A stretch of 63,270 nt of DNA, the filler included, from Eremomyces bilateralis CBS 781.70 (taxonomy: Eukaryota): the NCBI GenBank assembly GCA_010015585.1. It is 5 parts of 4 records of this genome, joined end to end, with 100 filler letters (N's around TTAATTAATTAA, not from the genome) between each part and the next. Parts side by side here need not be neighbours in the genome. Positions count along the whole stretch, not along the records: positions 1 to 25,172 come from ML975202.1; positions 25,273 to 47,335 come from ML975203.1; 3 more parts are not named here. One strand, given 5' to 3'. The position numbers were made by a program, and so were the translations under genes. Within the stretch, counting starts at the first letter, position 1. Every line of letters starts with the position of its first letter. A model generated the notes under the pieces. The model worked only from the letters and a program-made list of their open reading frames with translations, was not told the origin of the DNA and did not search any database. Positions 22,445 to 33,506 of this stretch are shown here, piece after piece.

Positions 22445-25172
22445 TGTGACAGTCTTGGGCTTCGCCCAGTCTGTGTGTTGTGGCCTTGCGGCCTAAGGCA
22501 GAAGGGATAGGTAGACCGTTTGCCCACAGATGTAAATAGCAGATCGCAGTGAGAGAGATCTTCTCCTTCTCTCTTTAGCAATTCAACAGCGTTACCAGCT
22601 TACCAAATCCTTCGTGGTTTGGGCCCATGACAATTTGAATTGCTCATTCCTTTTCTGAAAGACGCTCGCTCATGCTGCCAACTTCGGAAATCGGCCGAAA
22701 CAAGCTAGAACCTAGAAATAGAAGAACCAGGATCAGAGATCAGTATCGGCATAATGGCTGATGCTATGGATCAAGACCAAGGACCGCCCCAGGGTCCACC
22801 GGGTCCACCGACAGGGAATACGAATACGTTCACGAATAAAGAGAAAACGGAAATGGCAGCCATGATGGCCACCATGGCAGAAAAGATATAACAGCTAGAG
22901 TTAGCTCTAGGAAAGGCTACAGAGGCCAAGACACCGCAAACAAAAAAAGTCCAAAGCGAAGCTACCGCTCCTAAGGAAGCCGCTAAGCCAGAGACCCCTA
23001 CTGAGACCCTAGCTAGGGACAGGAATCAGAAACTCCCGAAACCAACGAGATTCGAGGGAGACAAGAAGAAGTACAAAGTTTGGAGAGCAAAGATGCAAAA
23101 CAAGATTCAAGTGGATGGACATCTTGTCGCTCATGATCACGTAACCGCAATTGCCTATATCTGTGCCTTCCTCGATGGAGAACCCGCGCTGTTTGCTACG
23201 CAATGGAGGGACAGGAACACGGCTTCCCAGGATGTAGAGAAATTTGTGGCTTTCCTAGATTCGAGATATCGAGACGAATATGAGGCTGAACGTGCTTATT
23301 CTCAATTCGTTCGCCTAAAGCAAGTCAATAAGCCGTTTCCAGAGTTTATGAAAGAACACCAACGACTCCAGACCGAGGCTCAGATGGATTACCAAGATGC
23401 TCGAACTAAAATCAACGTTCTCCAAGAAAAGCTGAGCAGTGAGATGCGACAACTCATTCTCCCTGCAACTATCGCGGGTCTTGATTTCAGCAACTATGAT
23501 AAGTTCGTCGATATACTCTATACGGCCCACTACGCCTCTGAAGCAGCTCACGCTTCAACCTCTCGATGGGTTCCTAGAAACCACGGAGGTACGTCACGAT
23601 CGCAATACCGACCACCATCTTCAACGCCTACGGTCCCGACCCCACCGCAAGTCCAAGTCTTAGCGCCCGCACCATCCCCGGCTAATCCGGACGCAATGGA
23701 TTGGACAACGCGTGTCACTCAAACGCAAGCTGCTCAGGCCTTGACGCAGAACCGACCGTCGCGCTCCTTACACCCGAATCCTGACAACCGTCCGAAAGGG
23801 CGCCCAATCAATTCCAAAGAATTCCAAGCACGACAAGCCGCAGGAGTCTGTTTCACCTGTGGAAACGCAGGGCATCGCTCCTTCCAATGCTACTATACAC
23901 CTCCCCCTCGACGAACCCAGACGAGCGGAGTTTTCACGAATGGAATTCTTACGGAAAAGCCCCAACCAGTATTGTTAACTTCCCAGAACAATGAGTAAGG
24001 ACAAGCAGAAGAGACGGAATCGGAAAACGAGATGCCCTAGCCGAAAGTCGGCGCCTAGGGCCTAAGGATGGAAAAGTCTACAATAAGTTGATAAATGAAT
24101 GGAATTCATTTAACATGGAAGGAACACTTTTTACTATCCCCGCATACGTGAACAAGCAACACAACGTCCTTACCCTGATCGATAATGGGTCGCAATCTTA
24201 TAGACTGATCGAAGAAAGAGTTGTAAGGCGATTAAAGCTTGACAGGTTTACCCTCCCTGAACCTATCGGGGTATCAGGATTCGAAGAGTTATTAAAGAAC
24301 AAGATCACAGAGTGTGTAATACTGGATTCATTAGATATTGGAGGGTCTCAATTAGCACGAACACCATCGGGGAAGATTTTCCTTTATATTATCCCCAAGA
24401 TAGCAGGAGAGCACTAGATGATCCTAGGCACTCCTTGGCTAGAGAACGAACGAGCCTACACGAACGCACAGACGGGGACTTTGTACATCGAAAGAACTGG
24501 CGTCTCCGTTAAGCAGTTAGACACTCCTAAACTCCGGAAGTTTACGAAAGAGATCAGACAGATTTCATCGGTGTCCTTCGCGCACGCCACAAAGAAGTAC
24601 AGAAAAGAACCAACACGAGTGTTCGCAGTATCGATGGCTGATATCGAGAAAGCCCTACAAGGGAAGAAAGAAGTCAAGATCGAAGATTACCTTCCCCCGG
24701 ATCTTATGGATCTTAAAGACGTGTTTGATCGAATGAAAGCAGACAAACTCCCCCCTTCCCGACCTAGGGTTGACTACCGGATTGAACTACTTAAGGACCA
24801 AGATGGGAAAGAAATGGAAGCGCCATGGGGACCGCTCTATTCCATGTCGAGAGAAATGTTACTTGTCCTACGGAAAACCTTGACCGAGCTCCTCGAGAAA
24901 GGTTTTATTCGAGTCAGCCATTCCCCAGCAGCGGCCCCTGTCTTATTCGTCACGAAGCCAGGGGGTGGCCTCCGATTCTGCGTCGACTATCGAGGTCTTA
25001 ACGAGAGAACGAGGAAGGATCGTTACCCGTTGCCTCTGATCAGGGAAACCCTGAGCCAAGTAAGCGAAGCAAAATGGTTCACGAAGCTAGACATCATCGC
25101 AGCTTTCAACAAGATCAGAATAGCCGAAGGAGACGAGTGGAAGACAGCCTTTCGAACCCGGTATGGACTCTA
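22445..25172 (+). mobile_element. Gypsy-A retrotransposon, 5' half (5' LTR 22445-22632, gag 22754-24040, protease and RT start)
   Basis: Gag with DAMDW and CFTCGNAGHRSFQC zinc knuckle; protease LIDNGS; RT LRFCVDYRGLN; RIP stops; ends at an assembly linker. Confidence 0.95.
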
Positions 25173-25272
25173 NNNNNNNNNNNNNNNNNNNNNNNNNNNN
25201 NNNNNNNNNNNNNNNNTTAATTAATTAANNNNNNNNNNNNNNNNNNNNNNNNNNNNNNNNNNNNNNNNNNNN

Positions 25273-25344
25273 TGTGCGAGGCGTTTATCTGTTCTGGTGT
25301 TTACAGAGCAAACGGGCCACAGGGCCACAAGGCATCCAGGTCTG
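25273..25344 (-). mobile_element. Partial LTR family C at contig end
   Basis: Reverse complement of the 5' part of LTR C. Confidence 0.85.
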
Positions 25345-26106
25345 CGGACCTCTGATCCATCACAGGTACATCGCTTTCCACCCGTTCGCGTCGCCGTGCG
25401 TAGCCAGGGTATGAACCAGTCATTAACACACTTCCACGCAACGTACAAAAGGTGCAGCTTCGTCCTGGCTCTGCGGTCTCCTACTACTACTCGTCGCCTA
25501 CTCGTTGGAAGCACTAGGACCAGGAGACGGAGGTGTTTGAAGTGACTTGCGGGACTCGAGCGTTGATGTAGCTTTATTGCCTCATCGAGTAGATTTGCTG
25601 ACACAGCAGCCGTCTTTCGTGACATGCTTGCGGTAGAACTTAGAATGTGCTCTCTGTAGCTCTCGGTGAGACTCAGCAATGGCTCAGTTAAGGCTCAGGC
25701 TGCTTTAGACTTTCGCTCACCCTCTAGGATAGGTACCCAGGATATGTCTTGCGACTTTCGGCAGCTCGGTTAAGTCTATTAGTCGTGAGTCAAAGACAGT
25801 AAAGACCAGTATGATTTTCCAGGACACTCTTCCATGCAAACCAAGGATCGGACATATGCCAACGCAGCCGAATCTACACTAACGCTAGAAATGGTCCGCA
25901 AGCCGCATTGACGGTTCTGTGGGCCTTCAAGATGAGCAGAGCCCGCATACACCAAAACAATCTCTACATCGGGAGAAGTAATGCACAGTGTATGGGAAAT
26001 CGTTTTGTCGCTTGTATAGACATCATTATGGTTGCTAAGAAGGCAGCTTACAAGTTACCCTAATTACAGTTATACTCTTCGCCGACATACCTAAATATAT
26101 AATAAC

Positions 26107-26418
26107 TGTCAGAGCACACAGGGGTGGAATCAGATGAGGAGTCAGCGAGTAGCTTGTGAGTAGAAAATATATAGAAAAGGGTGTGTGCCCCTTATGACTA
26201 GAGACTGATCCTTAAGGAATCAGGAACAAGAGGACGTTGGTATGCGTGCTAAGTACAATGCTAGGAAGGAGTCACGTGACGTAAGCACATGACTTGGAGA
26301 TGCCTCTGTCCTTACTTGCTTAATGCTAACGCTCGCACCCCACCGTGACACATGGGCCTCGCAGAGAGGCCTGACGGGCGTATGAATCTCTCTCTCTCTC
26401 TCTCACCCCACCGTGACA
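26107..26418. mobile_element. LTR-like relic (family H) carrying a small retro-insertion at its end
   Basis: TGTCA...TGACA ends; shares GACTGATCCTTAA and GTCACGTGAC with LTR B; no TSD found. Confidence 0.6.
26352..26403 (+). mobile_element. 52-bp non-LTR retroelement tail with (TC)n end
   Basis: 16-bp direct repeat CACCCCACCGTGACAC at 26336-26351 and 26404-26419; sequence matches 8999-9048. Confidence 0.8.
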
Positions 26419-26651
26419 CTCCTCTCTGCCAGTGGCCAAACCCCATGATAAGATCACAACAAGAATTCGTCATGATTTTGGTGTAAAGTTACGGGAAGTG
26501 CAATCAAACATTATTCTGAGTCGATTCCATGAAATCTCTGAACATTCGCTATACGGATCTTAGAACCTCTAATCCCGAAAGCCTTTTCTTCTCCCTTATG
26601 CTGAGAGAGAATATCTTTAACTAACGCCATCTAAGCGAATTTAGAAGCTCT

Positions 26652-27553
26652 CTACATATACTCGGATATGAAGCTTGACTTACCACCCTCAGCTGCAATG
26701 ACCGCGCGAATTTCTTTCTCGAGTGGCTCCTGCCAGCATGCCGCCACCTTCTGTGTCCCACTGCCACTATTCGGGTGTATTCCGTCCTGTGTATCGGTCG
26801 CAATATCAAACCCGGTGAAACAGTCAACAGCGATAACTGGGGATTGAGGAGTGTTTAGCTTCGAAGCCACGGCCGCTATCATCTCGTTCCATGCGGAAAC
26901 AGCTTGTGGGCATGTGCTACCGCAATTTACGCCTCTGGGCTGCAAGTTCATGATCTGTGCTATCTAATAATACCTTGATTAGCTGTTTTGCCCAATCATT
27001 GATTAGAGATCTTTAACTGACCAGAATTCTAACCGTGGGCTTCTGAGTACGGAACTGTTCCACTAGCTTGGTGAATGCCGCCTCACCATCCACTACGCTC
27101 CTTCCACGCCACTATAGCTTAATTAGTGATATTTTGTTTCTACCCACCGCTACATTTGCATACCACGTCGTTCGTGCCTAAAAGTATCATGCCGATGTCA
27201 ACAGGCTTGACCTGGTTTAGCCAGCCACTAAGCTGGCCTTTGCTGGCAATTCCGATTGCTTCATAGCCAACATGACCCTCGTGTTCCAGATCGTATTCGC
27301 CTGGGCAGGAAAAGAGTGATTTTTGTGTACCGACGAACTTGAATTGCCCTTCCAAGCCGCTTTGAGCAAGATTCTGCCAGAGAACCTGGCGCCAGCAGCC
27401 CTTCGTTTTTCCTTGTCAGCAGAAGCTTTACATAAAGTGTTGCACACTTACTCCTGCAGTAACAGAGTCACCCAATGGCATGATCCTTACCACTGCAAAG
27501 ACATGGCAAACGAGGGAAGACAGAAACAGTAGCCAAACGAGTGATTTCGCCAT
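26652..27553 (-). CDS. Secreted SGNH/GDSL esterase (CE3-like), 4 exons
   Basis: Signal peptide, RIMPLGDSVT, FKFVGT, HEGHVG, LLGTND, DGIHP; three GT-AG introns. Confidence 0.88.
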
Positions 27554-27961
27554 GGTGTCTGAACTTAAAGAACATAGCGTTCAAATCGATAACAGACCAA
27601 GGGTGGCCATTATCCTTTTATATAAATACCCAGACGATTCATGGATGGATATAGATTAATTATGCATGTTTTTAGTCTTCCGAAACTGCAGAAAAAGTGT
27701 TACTATGGCTTTGATTTTGATAGACGATATGACCATAACCCTAATCGGAAATTCCGAGATGGAGATTGTTGCCAATGGTCCGAGGCAACATCAGAGCCGA
27801 ATCAAAAAGGGCTTTCGATTAGTTTAATGAAAGAGGATTCGAAAGGCTGCAGGCCAGCCTCGATGTATATAAGTGAATCATCGCGGTCCATTCTCCCTTT
27901 TGCTATGATACTCTAAACACACTTGAGTTCTCGTCGCGCATCGACGAATATACGACACAAG

Positions 27962-28854
27962 ATGGCTCGTACAGCTGTTTGGTTCAGCCTTTGCGCTCTT
28001 TTCTTCCCTCTAGCTTTTGCACAGCTGAAGATTATGCCCCTTGGAGACTCAACAACAGCGATAGTGGGTGCTCTTCTAGATGCTTCTCCTTAACTCTGCT
28101 AAATAATCATCCGTGTAGACGTGTTGGAGGGGTGTGCTCGCGCAGGAGCTGAGGACTGCGGGGGCAGAAAATTTCCAGTTCGTGGGCACTCAGCGATCCA
28201 CGTGCGGAGACAATGGGGGCCACGAAGGCTATCCGGCAATCAAGGCAACAGCAGCACAGTCGGGGCCTAACATAGGCGGGGCTCCGTGGGACCAAAATAA
28301 GCTTCCTCCTATCTTGGCCGCACTGCACCCTGATGTCGTGATGATCCTGCTTGGAGTCAATGATATGGTATGCTGGGTTCATCCCATATCCTACTTATAG
28401 AAAGGAAACAGACACTAACTATGGATAGGCTTTCAGAGGGGACCCTTCTAAAATAACCGCCGCATTCGGGAAGCTCGTTGATCAAATGCGAGCAGATAAC
28501 CCGAACGTACAGGTAGTTGTAAGTCTTACCCAAAGGCCTTGTGCTAATATATTATGTTAGGAGTGACTGACAACTGTCAAACTCTAGGTCGCACAAATCC
28601 CACCGGCGACGCTCACAGACGTCAGGCCGCTCGATGTGGCAATTCCTCCTTGGGCGGCAGCGAAGTCGACACCAGAGTCCCCGGTCACTGTGGTAGACTG
28701 CTTCACAGGATTTGATGCGTCCGCTGATACTAGGGATGGTGTCCACTTCAATGATAGAGGGGACCAGAAGGTGGCCGCGTGTTTCGCCCCAGAGCTTTAT
28801 CGAATTATTACGGAAGACGCTGGTAGCGGTGGCGCGCCTGCGGCGAGTGTCTAG
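27962..28854 (+). CDS. Secreted SGNH/GDSL esterase (CE3-like), 4 exons
   Basis: Signal peptide, KIMPLGDSTT, FQFVGT, HEGYP, LLGVND, DGVHF; intron positions equivalent to those of the divergent paralogue; TATATAAG at ~27866. Confidence 0.88.
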
Positions 28855-30478
28855 GCAAAATCAAAGGGTCTCAGGGATAGTTTGCCGTCCACATGCAAAG
28901 AAATAGCATTTGAGCGTCGAAGCGGGTTCTATTGACGGTGCATCACTTGTTGGCGAAGTTCCATACAAATTGAAATAATGTGTCTGCAATTGCCCAGATA
29001 TTCGTATTGACTCATCGAATTAACGTGAGCTGGAAATAAAGTTTGATTGTTGCCATTGGCCAGTGCAAATCCCAACTATTGGACCGTGTCAACCCATGCC
29101 GGACAGCTTGAGAACTTTGCCATGGCTGAACGTCAGACGCCGGATGGCGGTGTTTAGACTCTTCTCGAGGGCTCTCGGCTCGCAGCCTCAAATGAGAACA
29201 CAAGACATACAATGCACCTGCAAGGCAGATCATGTGACTAACCAACATGACCTCAGCCATTTCACTCTTCATCTAAGCAATTATTGTTCTAAAAATGAGC
29301 ATTAAATTTCTCCTGATTTCTTAAGGATCAGTCTCGTCGTAACGCAGTGTGCAACAATACAGAATCTATTATCCTCCTGCGATTTGCAATCGATTCGCGA
29401 ACACGCCATTGTGTTTCACGCTAGCTGCGTGAGGTTCGTACTTGTGGATGCGAGTTTGCAGTATCGGATTCTCCGATCTCTATCGGACTTTCCGATTTAT
29501 TTAGATCGGTCCTAGCATTGAAATTTAAAGGAAATTTACTGCCCCACTTCATGGCGTAGTTCCAATCTGCGTGGTTCTTGTCCGTCGTTATCTGATTGAT
29601 CGATTCCTTAGGACCAGAGTCAGACTAAATGAATCGCGGACGAACACAACGGAGAAGCATCCCCATTTAGAGGATTTTATTCCACATATTATTAAATATC
29701 TAGGTCACGATATCGTTAGAACATCAACCTAGGTGGTTTTCAGGGTATGTAGTTGACCGCAAGTACGGAAAGTCCTCGGCATACATGGCACCTTTCGCCA
29801 TTGCTTAGGGTTCAGATCTACGATACCCTACGCTCGTCTTTCCCTCTACCTACGGTCAATGGTGAGCCCAGTTTTTAACCCCTCCCGACACTCAGTGCAG
29901 AGAATTAGGTACATGGGAGGCCCACGTCTCTCCACCCGAGAGAAAGCAGGATTCTTGGCGATATAGCTGGGACAACGTCTAAGTATGGCTGCTGTCAGCG
30001 AACATGATCATCCACTAAACCTTATGGGATGCCTATTTAAATTCATGCTCGGGATCGGTAAGGCAAACCTTGGTAAGCTATGCCCTACCTTCCGTAAACT
30101 AAACGATCTCACTTCTAGACTGGAAGAACGGGTCCGCTCGCGGACTAAGTTCTGGCACTAAATTCTGCTTGCATTCAAAGTTTCATTAATAGATCACTAG
30201 GCACAGTATCTCTTCTCCACATACAATCGCTCTGTCGAAAACGCGACGACGGTTGCCAAGAGCTGTAGCTAAAATGAATGCAATATCATGGTCGCCAGTC
30301 TAGCCGAGATGAACTCGTGTGGTCTGATTGTCATTCCGGAATCAAATAGGATATAAAATGACCTTCCCAGCCAGATACGCGCTTCTTATATTCCTCTAGT
30401 CACACAGTTCCCTCAACAAACCTCTTCGGCTATCAGACCTCATAATTTCGTTAATTCGCATCGTCTGTGCCTTTTAAA

Positions 30479-31566
30479 ATGCAGTCAGTGACACTCTTCA
30501 GTCTTTTGGCCGTCGCCAGTGAGGCTGCTCCTCAGCTTGGTGGTGGATTGGGCGGCTCTGGTGGTGGACTACTCGGAGGATTAGGGGGCCTTGGAGGACT
30601 GGGTGGATCAAGCGGAGGGCTCGGAGGGCTAGGAGGAGGCCTCGGAGGACTAGAAGGAGGCCTCGGAGGACTTGGTGGGTTGTTGGGTGGCGGTGGCGGA
30701 CTTGGAGGGCCTATGGGAGGACCTAGCGGTGGTGGCACTGGCCCATATACAGCAGTGAGTACCCCTCCAGCCAAGCCACAGAAAATATATATAAACTGAT
30801 CTTCTTAGGAATACTCAACTGACCCAGGTCTACCTAAACATACTATCTATCTTCCTAAGGAGATTCCCGCAGATCTAAAGCTGCCTGTACTCGTTTGGGG
30901 AAATGGAGGTTGTATGGGCGATAGTACCGCGTTCGAAGGAGCTCTAACCGAATGGGCTTCCCATGGTTTTATGGTTATTGCCAATGGTAGTCCAGGCGGT
31001 TCCGGTCAGACCACATCGGAAATGTTACTCCAATCGATCGAGTTTATCACTCAGAACGCTGGACAAGGGAAATATGCTAATGTTGATACGAGAAAAATTG
31101 CTGCTGCAGGACAGAGCTGCGGTGGTCTCGAGGCATACGATGTCGCCCCCGATCCTCGCGTCTCGGCTATTGGAATTTTTAACTCTGGAGAATTCAGCGA
31201 CTCAGCATCAAAACAAACAGTCGCTCAACTGCACCAGCCCGTTTTCTTTTTCCTTGGTGGTTCATCGGATATCGCCTATGAAAACGTACGTTTTTATCCG
31301 CGGCTCGTGTCCGATGCTAATCTATTTATTAGGGCGAACGTGACTTTAAAAACCTACCTAGCAATGTTCCATCATGGAAAGGCAACCTCCCTGTTGGCCA
31401 TATGGCGACCTGGTCGGAGAAGGACGGTGGCAAGTTCGGGGTCGCGGGCACCAACTGGTTAAAGTGGTTGCTGAAAAGTGATCAAGAAGCAGCGCAATGG
31501 TTCACTGGCGGCACTGCCGAACAAGCAGGGTGGGACGTAGAGGCAAAGAACTTGGAAAGCATCTAG
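30479..31566 (+). CDS. Secreted alpha/beta hydrolase with long (GGL)n N-terminal region, ~328 aa
   Basis: Exons 30479-30754, 30809-31285 and 31333-31566; PVLVWGNGGC, ASHGFMVIA, nucleophile elbow GQSCGG, GGSSDIAY, VGH; TATAAA at ~30352. Confidence 0.88.
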
Positions 31567-31824
31567 GTCGACGCGAAGAATCAGGGGCCGGAGCTAGGGT
31601 TTTGAACAATTCTTATACCCAAGCTATTTCTTGCACCCAAGTTAGTAAGTCTCTCTCAAAAAAAGATGTACTAGGAGGGAATATCAAACCATGCAGGCCT
31701 TGGTTCAAATTTCTATCTCTCCAATGTGCAAAAGAATAGCCCATAAACCGATCTCTAGAACCAGGATTCTTTTGACTATCGGTACTCTGCCTTGAATGTT
31801 TGGCTATATTGGTTTAATTTCGTA

Positions 31825-32220
31825 TCACGGTTTGTATGAGCACACTTGGTTTAGTTTGGCATATCCAACGGTGAACATCTGTCCGACACCCACTTCCGGT
31901 CCGACGCTTGTGGCCATCAAGCCAGTCTCTTCCCACAGTTCTCTGGCTATACCGTGCAAAATTGTCTCGTCTACATCGTCGGCGCCACCTCCGGGGATCT
32001 CCCATAGATTGGGCATGGTATCACTAGCTGCGCGCTGGATGAGGAGAAGCCGCCTTGGGGTCGAATGATTAAAGACCAAAGCACCGATGGCAAGATGTTG
32101 ATACTGGCTGTACTCGCTTGGATGGTTCGCCAAGTACGCTTGAGAAGAGACGCAGAATTCTGAGACCGAGGCATGGGTTGCGAACTTGAAGCTCGGCCAT
32201 TTTGCTGTTGCTGTCGCCAT
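31825..32220 (-). CDS. NUDIX hydrolase, possibly C-terminally truncated
   Basis: Nudix box WEIPGGGADDVDETILHGIARELWEETGL preceded by LLLIQRA; the ORF ends soon after the box. Confidence 0.75.
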   Translation of the reverse strand: MATATAKWPSFKFATHASVSEFCVSSQAYLANHPSEYSQYQHLAIGALVFNHSTPRRLLLIQRAASDTMPNLWEIPGGGADDVDETILHGIARELWEETGLMATSVGPEVGVGQMFTVGYAKLNQVCSYKP

Positions 32221-33334
32221 TTTTGATTGAGGTTTTCGTCGAGTGCTTGGCGACAGTGCGGCCAACGGTAAGCCCACAGTAAAACGGTACGGTAATATTT
32301 TACTGCGGTAATGGCTGGTGAGATTTTCCCCCCCGCTTTTGAGATTTTGCCCCCCCGTGAGATTTTCCCCCCGCGCTAGTGATGATGGAAATTAATCGCT
32401 CAACTGAGCCTAGCGCGCATTTTGCCTCCTCTTCGCCCAGGGACAGCGTCAATATTCAATCCGTTCTTTCTCTTATAATCTCAGCATGGAGGTGTTCCTT
32501 GTTAGAGATCAGGTTTTCGAGATACCCCTGTTTTTTGGCGCTTTCCGGTTTCCTACCCGTGATCCCCATTTCTTGCTCGTATTTGTGTGGTATCGATCCC
32601 GTGTTCCCAACCATGACAGTGTATTACACATCCCGCGATGTTACCAACCCCTCATTCTTTGCTTTTTCGCTCGTTTTGAGGAAACCAGGGTCTCGGTAGC
32701 CATCAATTTGTATACAGAACTTAAATATGGGCGTATAGGAGCAAGATCAATCAATGTCTCAATTTGTTGATCGTTTTGGCGTGTCAAACAATCACGGAAA
32801 CAATAGGATACCTGTTCAGAGGCAGTGAGATGCTTGTATTGTGTAAAGGTAGGATACATCGCAGGGTAGATATACCCAGGCTTACGTAATGTACAGAATG
32901 GGATGACTAAGTAGACCGCTGACTTCCGACACAATTCTTGGTCAAACACAGAGCTCCCGCTGTGACCTGTCTTGTAGACCACCTGATATCAGGAACCACT
33001 GTTTTCTCACATTCCTTCTCTTACAGATCTTAGCATGGAGGATATCGCCCCTCCTCCAGATTGTCTTTACACGTCCTATAAAGAAGCCTACAATTCTCTT
33101 AGGGACCATAGCATGCAGCATGGCTACGGCTTCCTACTCAAGCGGAGTAAACCTCACAATTCTAATGTTAAGACACGATATTACTACCACTGTGATCGAT
33201 CCGGAAACTATTAGTTAAGAGCAAGGACTCTGAGTACAAGCATACGCTCAATAGGGTGTCCTTTTAGGCTTGTTATATTTAAGAACAAAAGCGACGACCA
33301 GTAGAAGCTGGAGGTTCTACACAAGTATTATAAC

Positions 33335-33506
33335 TGTGATGGATCAGAGGTCCGCAGACCTGGATGCCTTGTGGCCCTGTGGCCCGTTTGCTCTGTAAAC
33401 ACCAGAACAGATAAACGCCTCGCACACCTTAGATAGATTCCTCCTTCATAGCAACAATTCAATGTTTGCCTCACGATTGGAGATTCCCGACAGTGAGACT
33501 CTTACA
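33335..33506 (+). mobile_element. Solo LTR family C inserted in MULE
   Basis: TSD ATAAC on both sides. Confidence 0.93.

Noticed and set aside
25173..25272. TTAATTAATTAA palindrome (also at 47336, 58195, 60916)
   Set aside because: Identical 100-bp N-flanked spacer with stops in all frames; an artificial scaffolding linker.
25345..25800. Possible decayed minus-strand coding fragment
   Set aside because: Many stops and no recognisable domain; cannot be assigned.
29220..29360. Degenerate LTR relic similar to family H
   Set aside because: Only ~25 bp of clear match (TCCTGATT.CTTAAGGATCAGTCTC); boundaries cannot be defined.
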